A DNA stretch of 16,524 nucleotides from Pseudomonadota bacterium (GTDB lineage: Bacteria > Bdellovibrionota > FAC87 > UBA2466). A model generated the notes under the pieces. That model made no database searches, was not told the origin of the DNA, and worked only from the letters and a program-made list of their open reading frames with translations. Numbering within the stretch: the first letter of the stretch is position 1; each line of letters begins with the position of its first letter. The position numbers and the translations under genes are program-made. This document shows, in pieces, positions 6,020 to 15,794 of this stretch. The stretch covers positions 1 through 16,524 of the forward strand of contig JAYUGC010000040.1 of NCBI GenBank assembly GCA_043767805.1, given 5' to 3'.

Positions 6020-6928
6020 TCAATCGAGATGAAAAGAAGTCAGCTCGACGAATTGTTTGTATCTCTGTTCAATTAAAGGCTTCGTGCATTTTAACAATTC
6101 CCGGAAGCCGAAATCTTGCACCGTGAACGAGGCCATGACACTGCCGTACACAACGGCTTTACGCAGCACGGCTGGAGTGACGTCCCCTTGAGAGGCCACG
6201 TACCCCATGAAGCCGCCGGCAAAGGAGTCGCCCGCGCCCGTGGGATCTTTTACGACCGACAAAGGCAGAGCCGGCAAACTGAAGACCTCGCCGTGATTAA
6301 AGAGAATCGAGCCGTACTCGCCGCGCTTGACCACCAGAATCTCGGGGCCCCAGCTACGGACTTTTTCCGCGGCTTCGACGATGTTGTAAGTTTTAGTCAG
6401 CTGGCGGAGCTCGCCTTCGTTGATGACGACCGCGTGGACCTTCTTGATCACTTCGGTGAGCTTCTCTAGCTGACCTTCGATCCAGAAGTTCATGGTGTCG
6501 AGCGCGATGAACTTCGGCTTTCTCACCTGCTCCAAGACTTCGAGCTGAAGGTGCGGAGCGAGGTTACCCAGGAACAAAAATTCAGTGCCGCGATAGCTTT
6601 CCGGAATCTCGGGCTTGAACTGCTCGAACACGTTGAGCCGAGTGTCGAGAGTCTGTGCCGTGTTCAAATCGAAACCGTAGCGCCCGGCCCAATGGAAGGT
6701 CTTACCGGCGGCGAGCTTGATGCCCGACGTGTCGATGCCCCGTTCCTTGAAGAGCGCGAGATGCTCTCTGGGGAAATCTTCGCCGACCACGCTGACGCAA
6801 CGGACGGGCGTGAAGTTCGCCGCCGAAAGGGAGAAATAATTGACCGAACCGCCGAGAATTTTCTCGACCTTTCCGAACGGCGTTTCGATGGAATCAAACG
6901 CCATGGATCCTACGGCAACGATGGACAT
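6020..6928 (-). CDS. PfkB/ribokinase-family carbohydrate or nucleoside kinase
   Basis: N-terminal VGSMAFDSIETPFG...LGGSVNYF, then INEGE, VVKRGEYGS and the PfkB signature DPTGAGDSFAGG. RBS AGGAG. Confidence 0.92.
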   Translation of the reverse strand: MSIVAVGSMAFDSIETPFGKVEKILGGSVNYFSLSAANFTPVRCVSVVGEDFPREHLALFKERGIDTSGIKLAAGKTFHWAGRYGFDLNTAQTLDTRLNVFEQFKPEIPESYRGTEFLFLGNLAPHLQLEVLEQVRKPKFIALDTMNFWIEGQLEKLTEVIKKVHAVVINEGELRQLTKTYNIVEAAEKVRSWGPEILVVKRGEYGSILFNHGEVFSLPALPLSVVKDPTGAGDSFAGGFMGYVASQGDVTPAVLRKAVVYGSVMASFTVQDFGFRELLKCTKPLIEQRYKQFVELTSFHLD

Positions 6929-6945
6929 ATCTCTCCTGTTTCCGG

Positions 6946-7806
6946 CTAGCTGAGAATGACTTCCATTTCACTCTGACGCGAGGCCGGCCAATGTTCTTTC
7001 GGGGTTACTATTGCGGTTCTCATTAAATCACGGCATCCGGAACGGCAAGCCGGAAAAGAAACGGTAAAGAGCTGCGAAATCAACTTCCTGGACGCCGAGA
7101 CATTCTGGGCGATGGTGGCCATGATGGCCTCCACCGAAACGTCCCCTTTTTCCTCGTTCCAGCAGTCGTAATCGGTGGCCATGGCGAGCGTCTGATAACA
7201 GAGTCCCAATTCCCGGGCGAGCTGCGCCTCGGGAAGGGCGGTCATGCCGATGACCGCGATTTCCCGGCCGGGCTCGCTCCAGGATCGGTACCAATGGGAC
7301 TCGGCGCGCGTGGAAAATTGCGGCCCTTCCATGCAGACGTAAGTGCCGCCCCTGTGAAACTTGGCGCCCATCCGGGTGAGCTCGTTCGCAATGAGATCGC
7401 TAAACGTCTTACAGACCGGATCGGCAAAGAGCGCGTGCCCCACGATGCCATCGCCGAAGTAAGTCTTCTTCCGAAGTCCGAGCGTGCGGTCGATGAACTG
7501 GTTGGGAAGCACGAACTCGCCCGGAGCGATGCCAGGCTGAAGGCTGCCCACGGCGCTGACCGAAAGCAGCGTCTTCACGCCCAGCTCTTTCAGCGCGTAC
7601 AGATTCGCCCGGTAATTGATTTCGGACGGGAGCAGCGAATGGTGCTTTCCGTGGCGGGGCAGAAAGAAAAGCTCGTTCCCGCCTCTTGCCAGGCGAAAGA
7701 TTCCGCTCGAAGTCTCGCCGTAAGGCGTTCGGGGAAAGAGGAGATCTCCCTCATTGCCTTCCGCCAGCGAGTACAGACCGCTGCCACCAATCACACCGAG
7801 CTTCAT
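6946..7806 (-). CDS. mtnP: S-methyl-5'-thioadenosine phosphorylase
   Basis: GVIGGSGLY, TPYG, FLPRHG, NYRANLYALK, SAVGSL, QFIDRT, EGPQFSTRAES, GMT..PEA.LARE, and ATDYDCW (the DxD motif of MTAP). RBS GGAGG. Confidence 0.93.
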   Translation of the reverse strand: MKLGVIGGSGLYSLAEGNEGDLLFPRTPYGETSSGIFRLARGGNELFFLPRHGKHHSLLPSEINYRANLYALKELGVKTLLSVSAVGSLQPGIAPGEFVLPNQFIDRTLGLRKKTYFGDGIVGHALFADPVCKTFSDLIANELTRMGAKFHRGGTYVCMEGPQFSTRAESHWYRSWSEPGREIAVIGMTALPEAQLARELGLCYQTLAMATDYDCWNEEKGDVSVEAIMATIAQNVSASRKLISQLFTVSFPACRSGCRDLMRTAIVTPKEHWPASRQSEMEVILS

Positions 7807-7827
7807 GAAACCTCCCGAACCGTCGCT

Positions 7828-9444
7828 TTAAGGCGTGGTCGTGAACTGAAAGAACAACCGCCGGCCCTTACGGAGGACTTCGATGTATTGCCGAGGGGAG
7901 CTACCCACTGCTTTTTTGTAAGCCTCGATGGAATTGGTTTTCTGGCGATTCACCTGCGTGATGATGTCGCCCGGTTCCACTCCCGATTGTTCGGCGGGAG
8001 AGCCCGGCTGCACCATTTCCACGACGACGCCTTCGCCCTTACGAGTGGGCGCGACGACCAGACCGATCTTATCGGGCTCGCCCATTTCCTGACGCTTGCC
8101 CGGGCCCTTGGCCTGAGCATTTTCGTTCGGAAGCTCGCCGATTTTCACGTTGATGGTGCGGGCTTTCTTATCGTTGTAGCTGACGACTTTCAGCTTCACC
8201 GACATGCCCGGCTTCTTGCGGCTGATTTCCTTTTGCAGCTGATTCACTTCGGTTACCGGCTTGCCGTCCACTTCGACGACGACGTCACCGGCCTGGAGGC
8301 CGGCCGCGGCCGCGGGACCATCGGGCATGACTTCATGCACGCCGACTCCCGACTTCAAACCGAGCTCTTTGGCGAGATCCGCTTCGAGCGGTTGGATGAA
8401 CACGCCCAGCCAGCCGCGCACGACTTTGCCTTCGGTGATTAAGGTGTTCACTACCTCTTTGACGAGGTTCGAAGGAATGGCGAACCCGATGCCCATGTAG
8501 CCGCCGCTACGCGTGTAGATAGCGGTGTTCACGCCGATGACCCGGCCTTCGATATCGCAAAGGGGGCCGCCGGAATTACCGGGATTAATCGCCGCGTCCG
8601 TCTGAATCAAATCGCCGCCGTACTCCGCCCCCGTGAGGGCGAGAGAATTTCGGCCGCCTTTCGCGCTGACGATACCGACTGTGACCGATTGACCGAGGGC
8701 GAAGGGGCTACCGATGGCGATGGCCCAATCTCCGACTTCGACGGTCGCGGTGTCGGCGAACTCCGCGGGCGTGGGTAGGTCTTTGACGTCGTCCACTTTG
8801 AGAACCGCAAGATCGGTCTTCGCGTCCGCGCCGATGATCTTCGCTTTGTGATCGGTCTTGTCGCCGTCGAAGGTGACGACGACTTCGGTCGCGCCTTCGA
8901 TCACGTGGTTATTGGTGACGACGTATCCCTTTTTATCGATGAGGATACCGGAGCCCAAACCGACGGAAGGTTGGTCCGACCCTTGTCCAGGCCCCTGACC
9001 GTTCGGGAAGGGAAGCCCGAAACGCTCGAAAAATTCATATAACGGATCCAAGTCTTCCTGACCTTGGCCCGGTTGCGGCGGCGGAGCGCCGCGACGGCCG
9101 CGCATTCCGGCCCCCGGACGTTTTTCCGGCCTGTGCGTCGATTTCACGCTGACCACGGCAGGACCAATTTTCTTCGCGATTTGCCGGAAACTCTCCGCCG
9201 ATTTTTTGAGCAGGCCTTTTTCGGCGGTATCCGTATCCGCTTTCGCGGGATTGTCGAGGATGCCGACCGGCGCTTTGGCTTGAGTGCCCGCGCTCGACCG
9301 CTGATAGTAGTACTGCGCGCCGCCGTAGAGGGCGACGCTAAACAGCGCGGCAACGATCCCCGCCGTCAGATAGCCCATGGGAGATTTGATCCAGGGCTTC
9401 GCCGTTTTTTTATCGGGGTTTTGATCGGGTGAAAAATCAGACAT
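7828..9444 (-). CDS. degP: HtrA/DegP (Do)-family serine endoprotease with two PDZ domains
   Basis: N-terminal TM anchor or signal, GLGSGILI, TNNHV (His), TDLAVLK (Asp), IQTDAAINPGNSGGPL (Ser), then RGWLGV PDZ1 and a second PDZ. RBS AGGAG. Confidence 0.93.
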   Translation of the reverse strand: MSDFSPDQNPDKKTAKPWIKSPMGYLTAGIVAALFSVALYGGAQYYYQRSSAGTQAKAPVGILDNPAKADTDTAEKGLLKKSAESFRQIAKKIGPAVVSVKSTHRPEKRPGAGMRGRRGAPPPQPGQGQEDLDPLYEFFERFGLPFPNGQGPGQGSDQPSVGLGSGILIDKKGYVVTNNHVIEGATEVVVTFDGDKTDHKAKIIGADAKTDLAVLKVDDVKDLPTPAEFADTATVEVGDWAIAIGSPFALGQSVTVGIVSAKGGRNSLALTGAEYGGDLIQTDAAINPGNSGGPLCDIEGRVIGVNTAIYTRSGGYMGIGFAIPSNLVKEVVNTLITEGKVVRGWLGVFIQPLEADLAKELGLKSGVGVHEVMPDGPAAAAGLQAGDVVVEVDGKPVTEVNQLQKEISRKKPGMSVKLKVVSYNDKKARTINVKIGELPNENAQAKGPGKRQEMGEPDKIGLVVAPTRKGEGVVVEMVQPGSPAEQSGVEPGDIITQVNRQKTNSIEAYKKAVGSSPRQYIEVLRKGRRLFFQFTTTP

Positions 9445-9477
9445 GAGTCACTCCTGATGGCCTTTGCCTACCGCGCT

Positions 9478-12060
9478 TCATCCCTTCGCAAAAGCGATTT
9501 CGCCGCTGCGATCCAAGGTAAGGGCGATTTTGTCTCCGCTCTTGAACTGACCTTCGAGGAGGCGGGTGGCAAGCGGATTAATCACCAGCTCCGTGATGAG
9601 GCGCTTTAAGGGACGGGCGCCGTAAACCGGATCGTAGCCCCGCTCTCCCAGGAGAGCTTTCACTTTGGGGTCCACAACCATACTGAGGTTCTTCTGACCC
9701 AGCAACTTTTTGGCGTGCTCGAGCTGAAGGTCGACGATCTTCATGATGTCCTCCTTCGCGAGCGGGTTGAACATGATGATGTCGTCGAGCCGATTGAGGA
9801 GCTCGGGACGGAAATGCGCGCGCACTTCGTTCATCACCTTGTTCTTGGTCGCCTCGCCGGCGCCTTCTTCCTGAAGGAAGCGGCTGCCCAAGTTCGAGGT
9901 CAGAATCAAAATGGTGTTCTTGAAGTTCACCTGATTGCCCTGGCCGTCGGTCAAAATGCCGTCGTCCAGAACTTGGAGAAGCACGTTGAACACGTCTTTG
10001 TGCGCCTTCTCCACTTCATCGAACAGAATTACGCTGTAAGGCCGGCGCCGCACGGCTTCGGTGAGCACGCCGCCTTCCTCGTAGCCGACATAGCCCGGGG
10101 GCGCGCCGATCATGCGAGACACGGAATGCTTTTCCATGAACTCCGACATGTCGATGCGGATCATGTTGTTGTCGTCGTCGAAAAGATATTCGGCGAGCGT
10201 CTTGGCCGTCTCGGTCTTACCGACACCGGTGGGGCCCAGGAACAGAAATCCGCCGATGGGGCGTTTCGGATCGGCGAGACCCGCTTGTGATCTGCGAACG
10301 GCGTTGCAAACCGCCTTGATCGCCGGTTCCTGACCGATGACCCGGCGGCGCATTTCCTCTTCCATGCGCAAGAGTTTCTGCCGATCGCTCTCCAGCATTT
10401 TGGAAACGGGAATGCCGGTCCATTTCGCCACCACTTCCGCCACGTCTTCCGCGTCCACTTCGAGCTTGAGCATCCGCTTCGTGCTCTTTTCCTTTTCGAG
10501 CTCGAGGTTGATGCGGTCCATGGTCTTTTGCAGCTCGGTCAGCGTTCCGTATTTGAGCTCCGCCGCTTTTTCCAAGTTTCCCTTACGCTCCGCTTTCTCC
10601 GCCTCGATCTTGGCGGCTTCGATCTTTTCCTTGATGCTCGAGGCCTCTTCGATGAGACGCTTCTCCTGCATCCACTGTGACTTGAGGGCGCCGCTTTTGG
10701 TCTTAAGCTCTTGAATTTCTTCCTCGAGCTCCTTGCGGCGGGCCGCACTTGCCGGGTCCGTTTCTTTCTTCAAAGCCTGGAGCTCGATGCTCAGCTGCAT
10801 GTCTTGGCGCTCGATCTGATCGATCTCGTCCGGCATGCTGTCGATTTCGATTTTTAGCTTCGCCGCCGCCTCGTCGATGAGATCGATGGCTTTGTCGGGC
10901 AATTGGCGGTTGGTGATGTAACGGTGCGAAAGCTGCGCCGCCGCGACGATGGCGGAATCCTGGATGCGCACGCCGTGATGGACTTCGTACTTCTCTTTCA
11001 GGCCGCGCAAAATGGAGATCGTGTTCTCGACGGACGGCTCGGCGGCATACACCTGCTGGAAACGGCGCTCCAAGGCGGCGTCTTTCTCGATGTACTTGCG
11101 GTACTCGTCGAGGGTAGTTGCCCCGACGCAGCGAAGCTCGCCGCGGGCGAGGGCGGGTTTGAGCATATTGCCCGCGTCCATGCTGCCTTCGCTTTTTCCG
11201 GCGCCGACCACCGTATGCAGTTCGTCGATGAATAAAATGATGCCGCCTTGGGCCGCGGTGACGTCTTTAAGCACCGCTTTCAGGCGATCTTCGAACTCAC
11301 CGCGGTACTTCGCGCCCGCGATGAGCGAGCCCATGTCGAGGGCCATTAGCTTTTTGTTTTTTAAGCTCTCGGGGACGTCGCCCTTCACGATGCGCTGAGC
11401 GAGGCCTTCCACGATGGCGGTCTTTCCGACGCCGGGCTCGCCGATGATCACCGGATTGTTCTTCGTACGGCGCGAAAGCACTTGGATGACCCGGCGGATT
11501 TCCTCGTCGCGCCCGATGACGGGATCGAGGCGCCCATTCTTGGCGGCTTCCGTTAAGTCCCTCGTGTAGCGGCCGAGGGCGTTGTATTTCTCCTCGGGGT
11601 TTTGATCCGAGACGCGCTGATTGCCGCGCACCTGCTGCAAGGCTTCGAGAAAAGCCTGGCGCGTGATTTTGTGTTTTTTGAGCAGTTCCGCAATCGATCC
11701 TTCCCGTAACGCGAGGTAGGCGAGGAAAATGTGCTCGGCGCTGATGAAATCGTCTTTGAGTCCTTTGGACTCGTCTTCCGCGCGGGCCAGAAGCTTGTTG
11801 GCCGTGGCCGACATGTACGGCTGGACGTTACCGTGGACTTCGGGCTTCTTGGCGAGCTCGGCTTCGACATCGGCGAGCAGGGCTTTCGGGGTGCCGGCGG
11901 CGAGCTTTTCCAACGTTTGGGTGACGATGGATTCCTTCGCTTTGAGCAAGGAAACGAGCAGGTGCTCAGGCTCGATGGCCTGATGGTTTTTTTTGAGCGC
12001 GAGACTCTGCGCCTCGACGACGGCTTCCTGCGCTTTCACCGTGAATTGGTTTAAATTCAT
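9478..12060 (-). CDS. clpB: ATP-dependent chaperone ClpB
   Basis: 860 aa. Clp N-domain, NBD1 ([15 protein letters not shown]), coiled-coil M-domain ([18 protein letters not shown]), NBD2 ([17 protein letters not shown]) and YGARPLKR. Confidence 0.97.
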   Translation of the reverse strand: MNLNQFTVKAQEAVVEAQSLALKKNHQAIEPEHLLVSLLKAKESIVTQTLEKLAAGTPKALLADVEAELAKKPEVHGNVQPYMSATANKLLARAEDESKGLKDDFISAEHIFLAYLALREGSIAELLKKHKITRQAFLEALQQVRGNQRVSDQNPEEKYNALGRYTRDLTEAAKNGRLDPVIGRDEEIRRVIQVLSRRTKNNPVIIGEPGVGKTAIVEGLAQRIVKGDVPESLKNKKLMALDMGSLIAGAKYRGEFEDRLKAVLKDVTAAQGGIILFIDELHTVVGAGKSEGSMDAGNMLKPALARGELRCVGATTLDEYRKYIEKDAALERRFQQVYAAEPSVENTISILRGLKEKYEVHHGVRIQDSAIVAAAQLSHRYITNRQLPDKAIDLIDEAAAKLKIEIDSMPDEIDQIERQDMQLSIELQALKKETDPASAARRKELEEEIQELKTKSGALKSQWMQEKRLIEEASSIKEKIEAAKIEAEKAERKGNLEKAAELKYGTLTELQKTMDRINLELEKEKSTKRMLKLEVDAEDVAEVVAKWTGIPVSKMLESDRQKLLRMEEEMRRRVIGQEPAIKAVCNAVRRSQAGLADPKRPIGGFLFLGPTGVGKTETAKTLAEYLFDDDNNMIRIDMSEFMEKHSVSRMIGAPPGYVGYEEGGVLTEAVRRRPYSVILFDEVEKAHKDVFNVLLQVLDDGILTDGQGNQVNFKNTILILTSNLGSRFLQEEGAGEATKNKVMNEVRAHFRPELLNRLDDIIMFNPLAKEDIMKIVDLQLEHAKKLLGQKNLSMVVDPKVKALLGERGYDPVYGARPLKRLITELVINPLATRLLEGQFKSGDKIALTLDRSGEIAFAKG

Positions 12061-12099
12061 CGATCCCTCTTTTGAGTTACCTGCTCGGACTTATGGAGA

Positions 12100-12127
12100 A
12101 ATATGGCCCCCTTTTTCGGAATGTCAA
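12100..12127 (-). promoter_or_regulatory. Candidate clpB promoter (sigma-32-like or sigma-70)
   Basis: The minus strand reads TTGACA-N13-GGCCATAT, resembling the RpoH consensus TTGAAA-N13/14-CCCCATNT. It can also be read as TTGACA-N16-CATATT. RBS AGAGGGA precedes the ATG. Confidence 0.5.
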
Positions 12128-12206
12128 AGCACGGAAAGAAGGCCGCGAGCGTTCCTTGACGGATGGCTCGGGCATTTAGGATGCTGCTTTTTTGCTCGGT
12201 CTCGCC

Positions 12207-13985
12207 ATGATCGGATATTCACCCCTAAATTGGATCCGCCGCTACCCTTTTTGGGCACGTCTTCGGCCTTACCGGGGACCTTATGCGGCGGGTCTAATGT
12301 CTTTGCTGGTTGTCGACGGTATCAACGTCGCTTTGCCGCTGGTTTTGAAGAACGCCATCGATGCCTTGCCTCTCAAGCGCTACGACTCCGTGGTCACTAT
12401 GGCGCTCCTTTACATGGGGCTCATGGGTTTCGTGGCGCTGGGGCGTTATTTTTGGCGGGTCTTTCTCATGGGGTCCTCGCACAAAATCGCGCGCGACCTT
12501 CGGCTCGAGCTCTACGGTCATCTGCTCCGTCTCCCCGTGAGCGAGCTTCAGACGGTTCGCAGCGGCGATCTCATGTCACGGGCGACCAACGACGTGGAAT
12601 CGGTCCGCATGGCGGTCGGCCCGGGAGTTTTGGTCGCGGCCGATGCGTTGCTGCTTTTCACGATGATCGTCCCCGTGATGCTTTCCCTTTCGGTAAAGCT
12701 CACGCTCATTGCGTTCGCGTTCTTTCCACTCGTGCCGTGGGTTACGGCGAGGTTTGGTAACTCCATCGATAAGCTCTTCGATACGCTCCAGGCGAACATG
12801 GCGAAGCTTTCCGCGCTGACTCAAGAAAGTTTTTCGTCGGTGCGCTTGATCAAGTCGCTGGTACTCGAAGGGCCGACGCTGTCCCGCTTTCTGAAACTGA
12901 GCGGCGAGTACAAGACGGAAGGCAACAAGCTCGCGAGAGTGGAAGCGCCTTTCGGCCCGACCCTGAGCTTGCTCACCTATTTAGGAACCTTCGGCATTCT
13001 CTTTTTTGGCGGCAAGGAAGTGGTGAGCGGGGCGATTACCCTTGGCACCTTCGTGGCCTTTCAAAGATTTGTCGTGCAGATCGCCTGGCCCATGGAAGCC
13101 ATCGGCTGGGCCGTGACCATGAACCGCGAAGGCGTCTCGGCGCACCGCCGTCTCATGCAGGTGATGCACATGCCGACCGTGGAGCCGGTTCGAATCGCTC
13201 CGTCGCCCGTGGTGGCTTCGGCTCCGCTTCTGGAAATCCGCCGGCTCAACTTTCAGTACCCTAGGGCTCGTTTCAATATCAAGATGAGCGATCTACGCCT
13301 CGAGCGAGGGAAAAAGATCGGCATCGTCGGACCTGTCGGCTCCGGCAAGAGCACGCTTCTCAATTTGCTTCTGCGTCTCTACGAGACCGACCCGGGATCG
13401 ATTTTTCTGGAAGGCCGGGACGTGGCGAGTATTGCTCTCCCCGAGTTGCGCCGGGACGTCGCGAGTGTCGAGCAGCAGATTTTTCTCTTTAGCGAGACCC
13501 TTTCCGAGAACGTCGGTTTGGGCGGACGGGGCGACTTATCGCCCGAAGATCTCGCGACCCTTGCGGTCACCTCGGCCATCGATGCCGAGATTCGCGCGCT
13601 TCCCGACGGCTTTCAAACCCGTCTGGGAGAGCGAGGCGTGGACCTTTCCGGCGGACAGAAGCAACGGCTCGCGCTGATGCGAGCTTTGGGCCGCCGGCCG
13701 AAACTTTTGCTCCTGGACGATGCCTTGTCGGCGGTGGACGTGGAAGTTGAAGAGCGCATTCTAAATGCATTTCTCTCTCAGTACCCCAGTTTGAGCGTAC
13801 TCTTTGTTTCCCATCGCCTTTCGGTCATGCCCCGGCTCGAAGAGGTCTGGGTGATTCGCGAAGGACGGCTCGTGGCCCGAGGCCCGCACGCGCGCCTCCT
13901 CCAGGAGGACGCTTGGTACGCCGGCCTCTGGGAAAAGACCATCGCCAAGAAACCCTTGGATCGCTTGGTGGAGTCGGACGCGTGA
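12207..13985 (+). CDS. ABC exporter subunit 1 (TMD-NBD fusion), MdlA/BmrC-like
   Basis: TMD with SGDLMSRATNDV, Walker A GPVGSGKST, signature LSGGQKQR, Walker B LLLLDD (catalytic Glu replaced by Asp) and SHR switch. Start is ATG 12207 or TTG 12192. Confidence 0.92.
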   Translation: MIGYSPLNWIRRYPFWARLRPYRGPYAAGLMSLLVVDGINVALPLVLKNAIDALPLKRYDSVVTMALLYMGLMGFVALGRYFWRVFLMGSSHKIARDLRLELYGHLLRLPVSELQTVRSGDLMSRATNDVESVRMAVGPGVLVAADALLLFTMIVPVMLSLSVKLTLIAFAFFPLVPWVTARFGNSIDKLFDTLQANMAKLSALTQESFSSVRLIKSLVLEGPTLSRFLKLSGEYKTEGNKLARVEAPFGPTLSLLTYLGTFGILFFGGKEVVSGAITLGTFVAFQRFVVQIAWPMEAIGWAVTMNREGVSAHRRLMQVMHMPTVEPVRIAPSPVVASAPLLEIRRLNFQYPRARFNIKMSDLRLERGKKIGIVGPVGSGKSTLLNLLLRLYETDPGSIFLEGRDVASIALPELRRDVASVEQQIFLFSETLSENVGLGGRGDLSPEDLATLAVTSAIDAEIRALPDGFQTRLGERGVDLSGGQKQRLALMRALGRRPKLLLLDDALSAVDVEVEERILNAFLSQYPSLSVLFVSHRLSVMPRLEEVWVIREGRLVARGPHARLLQEDAWYAGLWEKTIAKKPLDRLVESDA

Positions 13986-15748
13986 GCACGACCGAAATTT
14001 CCACCAATCTCGACGAGAGAAAACTGAGCAGCGGCGTGAAGCGGCTACTGCCTTTCGTCCTGCCGTATCGGGGCGGGCTTTTGCTCAGCCTCGTTTTCGT
14101 TGCCGGTGCGACCGGGGTGGAAGTCGTCATCCCCTATCTCTTGGGCCGAATCGTCGATGCGGTGACTTTGGGCCCGGTGGCCCTGAAAGCGCTTCCTTGG
14201 CTTTGCGGCGCTTACCTCGCGGTCACGCTCTCGAAATGTGTCTTTTCGACTCTGCTCGCCAATCACGTTCAGAAAATCGGACAGGCTGTACTCCACGATT
14301 TGCGTAGCGCGCTCTTTGCCAGAATTCTCGGGCTTCCGGTCGCGCTCTTCGATCAAAACCCCGTGGGCCGGTTTCTTTCCCGGGTGATTAACGATATCAA
14401 GTCGCTCAGCGAAGTGTTCACCGCTTCCATGTCGGTCCTCGCCGTCGATGTCGTCCTGGTGCTCGGCACCATGGCCGCCATGCTTTGGCTTCAACCGAGG
14501 CTCGCAACGGTCGCGTTGGCGACGATTCCCGTGGTGGCCATTTCCGTGCGGTTCTTTGGCCGGCGCCTTGCCGTCTCGTACCGGAGAGCGCGCACTCGGC
14601 TCAGCGAGATTAACGCCTTTCTTGGGGAAAATATCGGGGCGCTCGCCACCATTCAGCGGCTTGCCGCGGAAGACAATCGGAACGCGCGTTTCAAGGAAAT
14701 CGTCGATAAGCATAACGAAGCCCAGCTTCGTACCGTCGGCCTTTACGCCATCGCCATGCCGGTGACTAACGTGCTTTACGGCATTTCGCTGGGCGCGCTT
14801 TTACTCGTGGGCGGCAAGTGGGCCATCGAAGGCTCGGTGAGGGTGGGAACGGTCGTCGCCTTCGCCGCTTACTTGAAAAATCTCTTCAATCCGGTCGAAG
14901 ATCTCATCCAGAAGTACAATCTCTATCTATCGGCTCGGGTCTCCGCGGAACGAATCGGCGGCATTTTAGACGAGAAGATGGAGAGCGAGCTCGAGACGAA
15001 TCCGGCACGGGACGGAGGCCTCTCCGACTCGAGCCTCGAGTTCAAGGACGTCTCCTTCAACTATCCGATGAAGGCGGCGTTTGCTCTGCGCAACGTGAGC
15101 TTCAAGGTTCCCGCGGGGACGTCGCTTGCGGTCGTCGGCGCCACGGGCAGCGGCAAGTCCACACTACTCAGATTGTTACTCCGTTTTTACGATCCGACGG
15201 AAGGCGCCATTCATTTCGGAGGCCGATCGCTCTCGGAATGGAACCGCTTTCAGTTACGGGGAGAGATCGGTCTCATCCCTCAGGACTTTTATCTTTTCGA
15301 GGGCACGCTCAGAGACAACTTGAGTGTCGGGCGCACGGGCTTCATGGACACGTTCCTCGAGGAGCAATGCCGCAAGGCTCAGCTCTGGGACATGGTGAGC
15401 TACCGCGGTGGACTCGATTGCCCGGTCTCGGAGGGCGGCACGAACTTGTCCCTCGGGGAGCGTCAGCTCATCGCCTTCGCGCGGATGTTTGCGTATGACC
15501 CCTCTGTGCTCGTTTTGGACGAGGCCACCGCGAGTCTCGATCGCCATTTGGAGCGCAAAGTGATGGCGGCGATTCAGGAGATTTTGAAAGGGCGGACGTC
15601 CATCGTCATTGCTCACCGCTTGACGACGGTTCAGGCCTGCCATCAGGGCATCGTTCTGGAGCTGGGTAAAGTGGCCGAGCGAGGAACGCTCGGAGCATTG
15701 CAGGCCTTGGGCGGAATCTATTCTCGCCTGCACGACCTTCAGGGATAA
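13982..15748 (+). CDS. ABC exporter subunit 2 (TMD-NBD fusion), MdlB/BmrD-like
   Basis: GTG 13982 overlaps the upstream stop (GTGA), with RBS GGTGGAG. FDQNPVGRFLSRVIND, Walker A GATGSGKST, degenerate signature LSLGERQL, Walker B VLVLDEAT and IAHRL. Confidence 0.92.
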   Translation: MSTTEISTNLDERKLSSGVKRLLPFVLPYRGGLLLSLVFVAGATGVEVVIPYLLGRIVDAVTLGPVALKALPWLCGAYLAVTLSKCVFSTLLANHVQKIGQAVLHDLRSALFARILGLPVALFDQNPVGRFLSRVINDIKSLSEVFTASMSVLAVDVVLVLGTMAAMLWLQPRLATVALATIPVVAISVRFFGRRLAVSYRRARTRLSEINAFLGENIGALATIQRLAAEDNRNARFKEIVDKHNEAQLRTVGLYAIAMPVTNVLYGISLGALLLVGGKWAIEGSVRVGTVVAFAAYLKNLFNPVEDLIQKYNLYLSARVSAERIGGILDEKMESELETNPARDGGLSDSSLEFKDVSFNYPMKAAFALRNVSFKVPAGTSLAVVGATGSGKSTLLRLLLRFYDPTEGAIHFGGRSLSEWNRFQLRGEIGLIPQDFYLFEGTLRDNLSVGRTGFMDTFLEEQCRKAQLWDMVSYRGGLDCPVSEGGTNLSLGERQLIAFARMFAYDPSVLVLDEATASLDRHLERKVMAAIQEILKGRTSIVIAHRLTTVQACHQGIVLELGKVAERGTLGALQALGGIYSRLHDLQG

Positions 15749-15780
15749 AAAAAGGGGCGCCGGCTCTCGCCGACGCCCCT
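15747..15780 (-). terminator. Rho-independent terminator of the protease gene
   Basis: The minus strand reads AGGGGCGTCGGC-GAGA-GCCGGCGCCCCT followed by a T-run: a 12-bp stem with one G-U pair, a GNRA loop and a U-tract, starting 14 nt after the stop at 15795. Confidence 0.85.
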
Positions 15781-15794
15781 GGAGATGATTCGTC

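Noticed and set aside
7294..8442. 382-aa + strand ORF antisense to mtnP and degP
   Set aside because: Shadow ORF of GC-rich, codon-biased genes. It has no recognisable motifs and lies opposite two well-supported genes.
12071..12089. TTTGAGT-N5-GCTCGGA between the clpB promoter and RBS as a possible HAIR (HspR) operator
   Set aside because: HAIR is CTTGAGT-N7-ACTCAAG. The spacing is wrong and the right arm is poor. I also saw no CIRCE element upstream of clpB.
12156..12182. TTGACG...TAGGAT as the promoter of the ABC operon
   Set aside because: The spacer is only 15 bp. It is possible but too weak to report as a feature.
11993..12760. 255-aa + ORF spanning the clpB start, the intergenic region and the ABC gene
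   Set aside because: Overlaps two real genes and their promoter region, and has off-frame composition.
14045..15498. 222-aa (-) and 226-aa (+) ORFs within ABC subunit 2
   Set aside because: Shadow or off-frame ORFs of an intact ABC gene.
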